Origin: Nitrospirota bacterium
GTDB lineage: Bacteria > Nitrospirota > Thermodesulfovibrionia > Thermodesulfovibrionales > Dissulfurispiraceae
DNA: 64,000 nt
NCBI GenBank assembly: GCA_040758355.1
Contig: JBFLWF010000010.1
Coordinates: 1,776-65,775 of the forward strand
Direction: 5' to 3'
This document shows positions 63,029-64,000 of the stretch, piece by piece. Positions within the stretch are counted from its first letter, which is position 1. Every line of letters starts with the position of its first letter. A model generated the notes under the pieces. That model was not told the origin of the DNA. It searched no databases and saw only the letters and a program-made list of their open reading frames with translations. A program made the translations under genes and the position numbers.

Positions 63029-64000
63029 TTACGGATGGGCAAGGGTATGGATAAAAGGCATGAGGACCCTCAGTTCATCGAGAGAGACGGAAGAATGCCA
63101 CGTGCCTGTTAGTTTTGCTATTAAAATAACTCCGAAGAATACCGCTATTACTGCCGAAATGAAAACTTCCGGTCTTAATGCCTTTCTGTTCGGAATGGCT
63201 GTATTTAGAGCATCTCTAACAGGACAATGGCTTACGCATGTGAGACATCCTGTGCATTCAGGCGAATGTATGGCCTCTTTTTTATCCACCGGTAAAAGGG
63301 AAGGGCAGTTCTTTGTGCATAACCCGCACTGAATGCATTTAGTCTTATCCCTTCGTATCTTTGCCGGACTAATTGAACTTAATAGCCCGAGTAATCCTCC
63401 GTATGGACATAGATATCTGCACCAGAAGTTTTTATATAAAAGGGAAAGTCCGAATAGTACACCGAGGGTTATCTTTGTTGTGAGCGACATCTCCGTAAAG
63501 AATTTCAATAGCTTTATGTCGGAAACCTTCCAATAAGGAGTATTTAAAAATTCTGCTATTTGTACAGGAGTCATTTTAATGATAATGACATAAAGGAAAA
63601 ACGCCATAAGAATGTACTTTAAGGAGCGCAGAGGGTAATCTATGTATTTCATGATTGTAAAATTTTTTCCGAAGATTCTTTTGCCTATTTTCCATACTGC
63701 ATCGGACAATGCTCCTACAGGGCATATCCAACTGCAAAAGGATTTTTTCAGCAGAATTGCCAATAGTATTGCACCGATGAATATTACGAGTGCTGCGGGA
63801 TGTATTGGGTCAAATATGCCTTCTGTAATCCAGAGTTTCAATGCCATCAATGCACCGATTGGCATAAACCCTTCAACTGATGGAGGGCGGTTGACAGCAG
63901 GCATCAGTCCATGCTCCAGCGCCTGCGTAAAGAGATAGAACTTATAGCCTGCGTATATAACGATGACAAAGATTGCCCACTGAATGGCGTATCTAATTTT
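63029..64000 (-). CDS. NapH/YccM-like membrane polyferredoxin, 3' part (N-terminus beyond the right edge)
   Basis: CSWICPVGALSD, CRYLCPYGGLLG, CIQCGLCTKNCP, CTGCLTCVSHCP. The reading frame stays open upstream of the track's ATG to position 64000. Confidence 0.75.
   Translation of the reverse strand, partial: KIRYAIQWAIFVIVIYAGYKFYLFTQALEHGLMPAVNRPPSVEGFMPIGALMALKLWITEGIFDPIHPAALVIFIGAILLAILLKKSFCSWICPVGALSDAVWKIGKRIFGKNFTIMKYIDYPLRSLKYILMAFFLYVIIIKMTPVQIAEFLNTPYWKVSDIKLLKFFTEMSLTTKITLGVLFGLSLLYKNFWCRYLCPYGGLLGLLSSISPAKIRRDKTKCIQCGLCTKNCPSLLPVDKKEAIHSPECTGCLTCVSHCPVRDALNTAIPNRKALRPEVFISAVIAVFFGVILIAKLTGTWHSSVSLDELRVLMPFIHTLAHP

Overview
A 64-kb chromosomal window from an anaerobic bacterium. 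I cannot assign the lineage by eye, but the gene content and repeat style suggest a Nitrospirota/Desulfobacterota-like organism. It holds about 60 protein-coding genes, and I found no rRNA, tRNA or CRISPR array. All calls come from reading the ORF translations and the raw sequence without any search tool.

Gene layout:
- 1-25.8 kb: housekeeping genes (pilT x2, secA, cheV, two Zn-ADHs, feoB-fur, amidase, murI, rph, ftsH, folP, icd, crp-family regulator, HU, argS). A Y1-transposase (RAYT/IS200-like) element is inserted in this block.
- 26-34 kb: a non-canonical periplasmic nitrate/nitrite locus. It has an octaheme CXXCK cytochrome, an orphan monoheme protein, an oversized 1111-aa NapA, NapG, NapH and two NapD-like ORFs. 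NapB, NapC and NrfH are absent.
- 34-38.3 kb, convergent: a sigma-54-promoted FeS + Mo-bisPGD (Psr/Phs/Ttr/Arr-like) + TorD operon with no membrane anchor.
- 38.3-48.7 kb: a dense signalling cluster of three histidine kinases (two with c-type heme motifs in the sensor domain), three response regulators including an NtrC-type sigma-54 activator, a PhnD-like binding protein and a GAF-GGDEF protein.
- 50.8-58.9 kb: a CusCBA-type metal efflux operon. It is preceded by FixH/YtkA- and YHS-domain proteins and a CYCXC-motif ORF with an in-frame TGA plus a SECIS-like hairpin, a candidate selenoprotein.
- 58.9-64 kb: a nitrilase-family gene, a second OmpR/HK pair, a galT-like gene and a NapH-like polyferredoxin.

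Most notable beyond the genes:
- Heptamer arrays (GCTGAnn) have spread into coding sequences as in-frame inserts, always in the one translatable orientation.
- Octamer-array hairpins sit at gene junctions.
- There are several long MITE-like palindromes.
- Two perfect TGTGA-N6-TCACA boxes are present, one exactly at class-II distance from a TATAAT upstream of HU.
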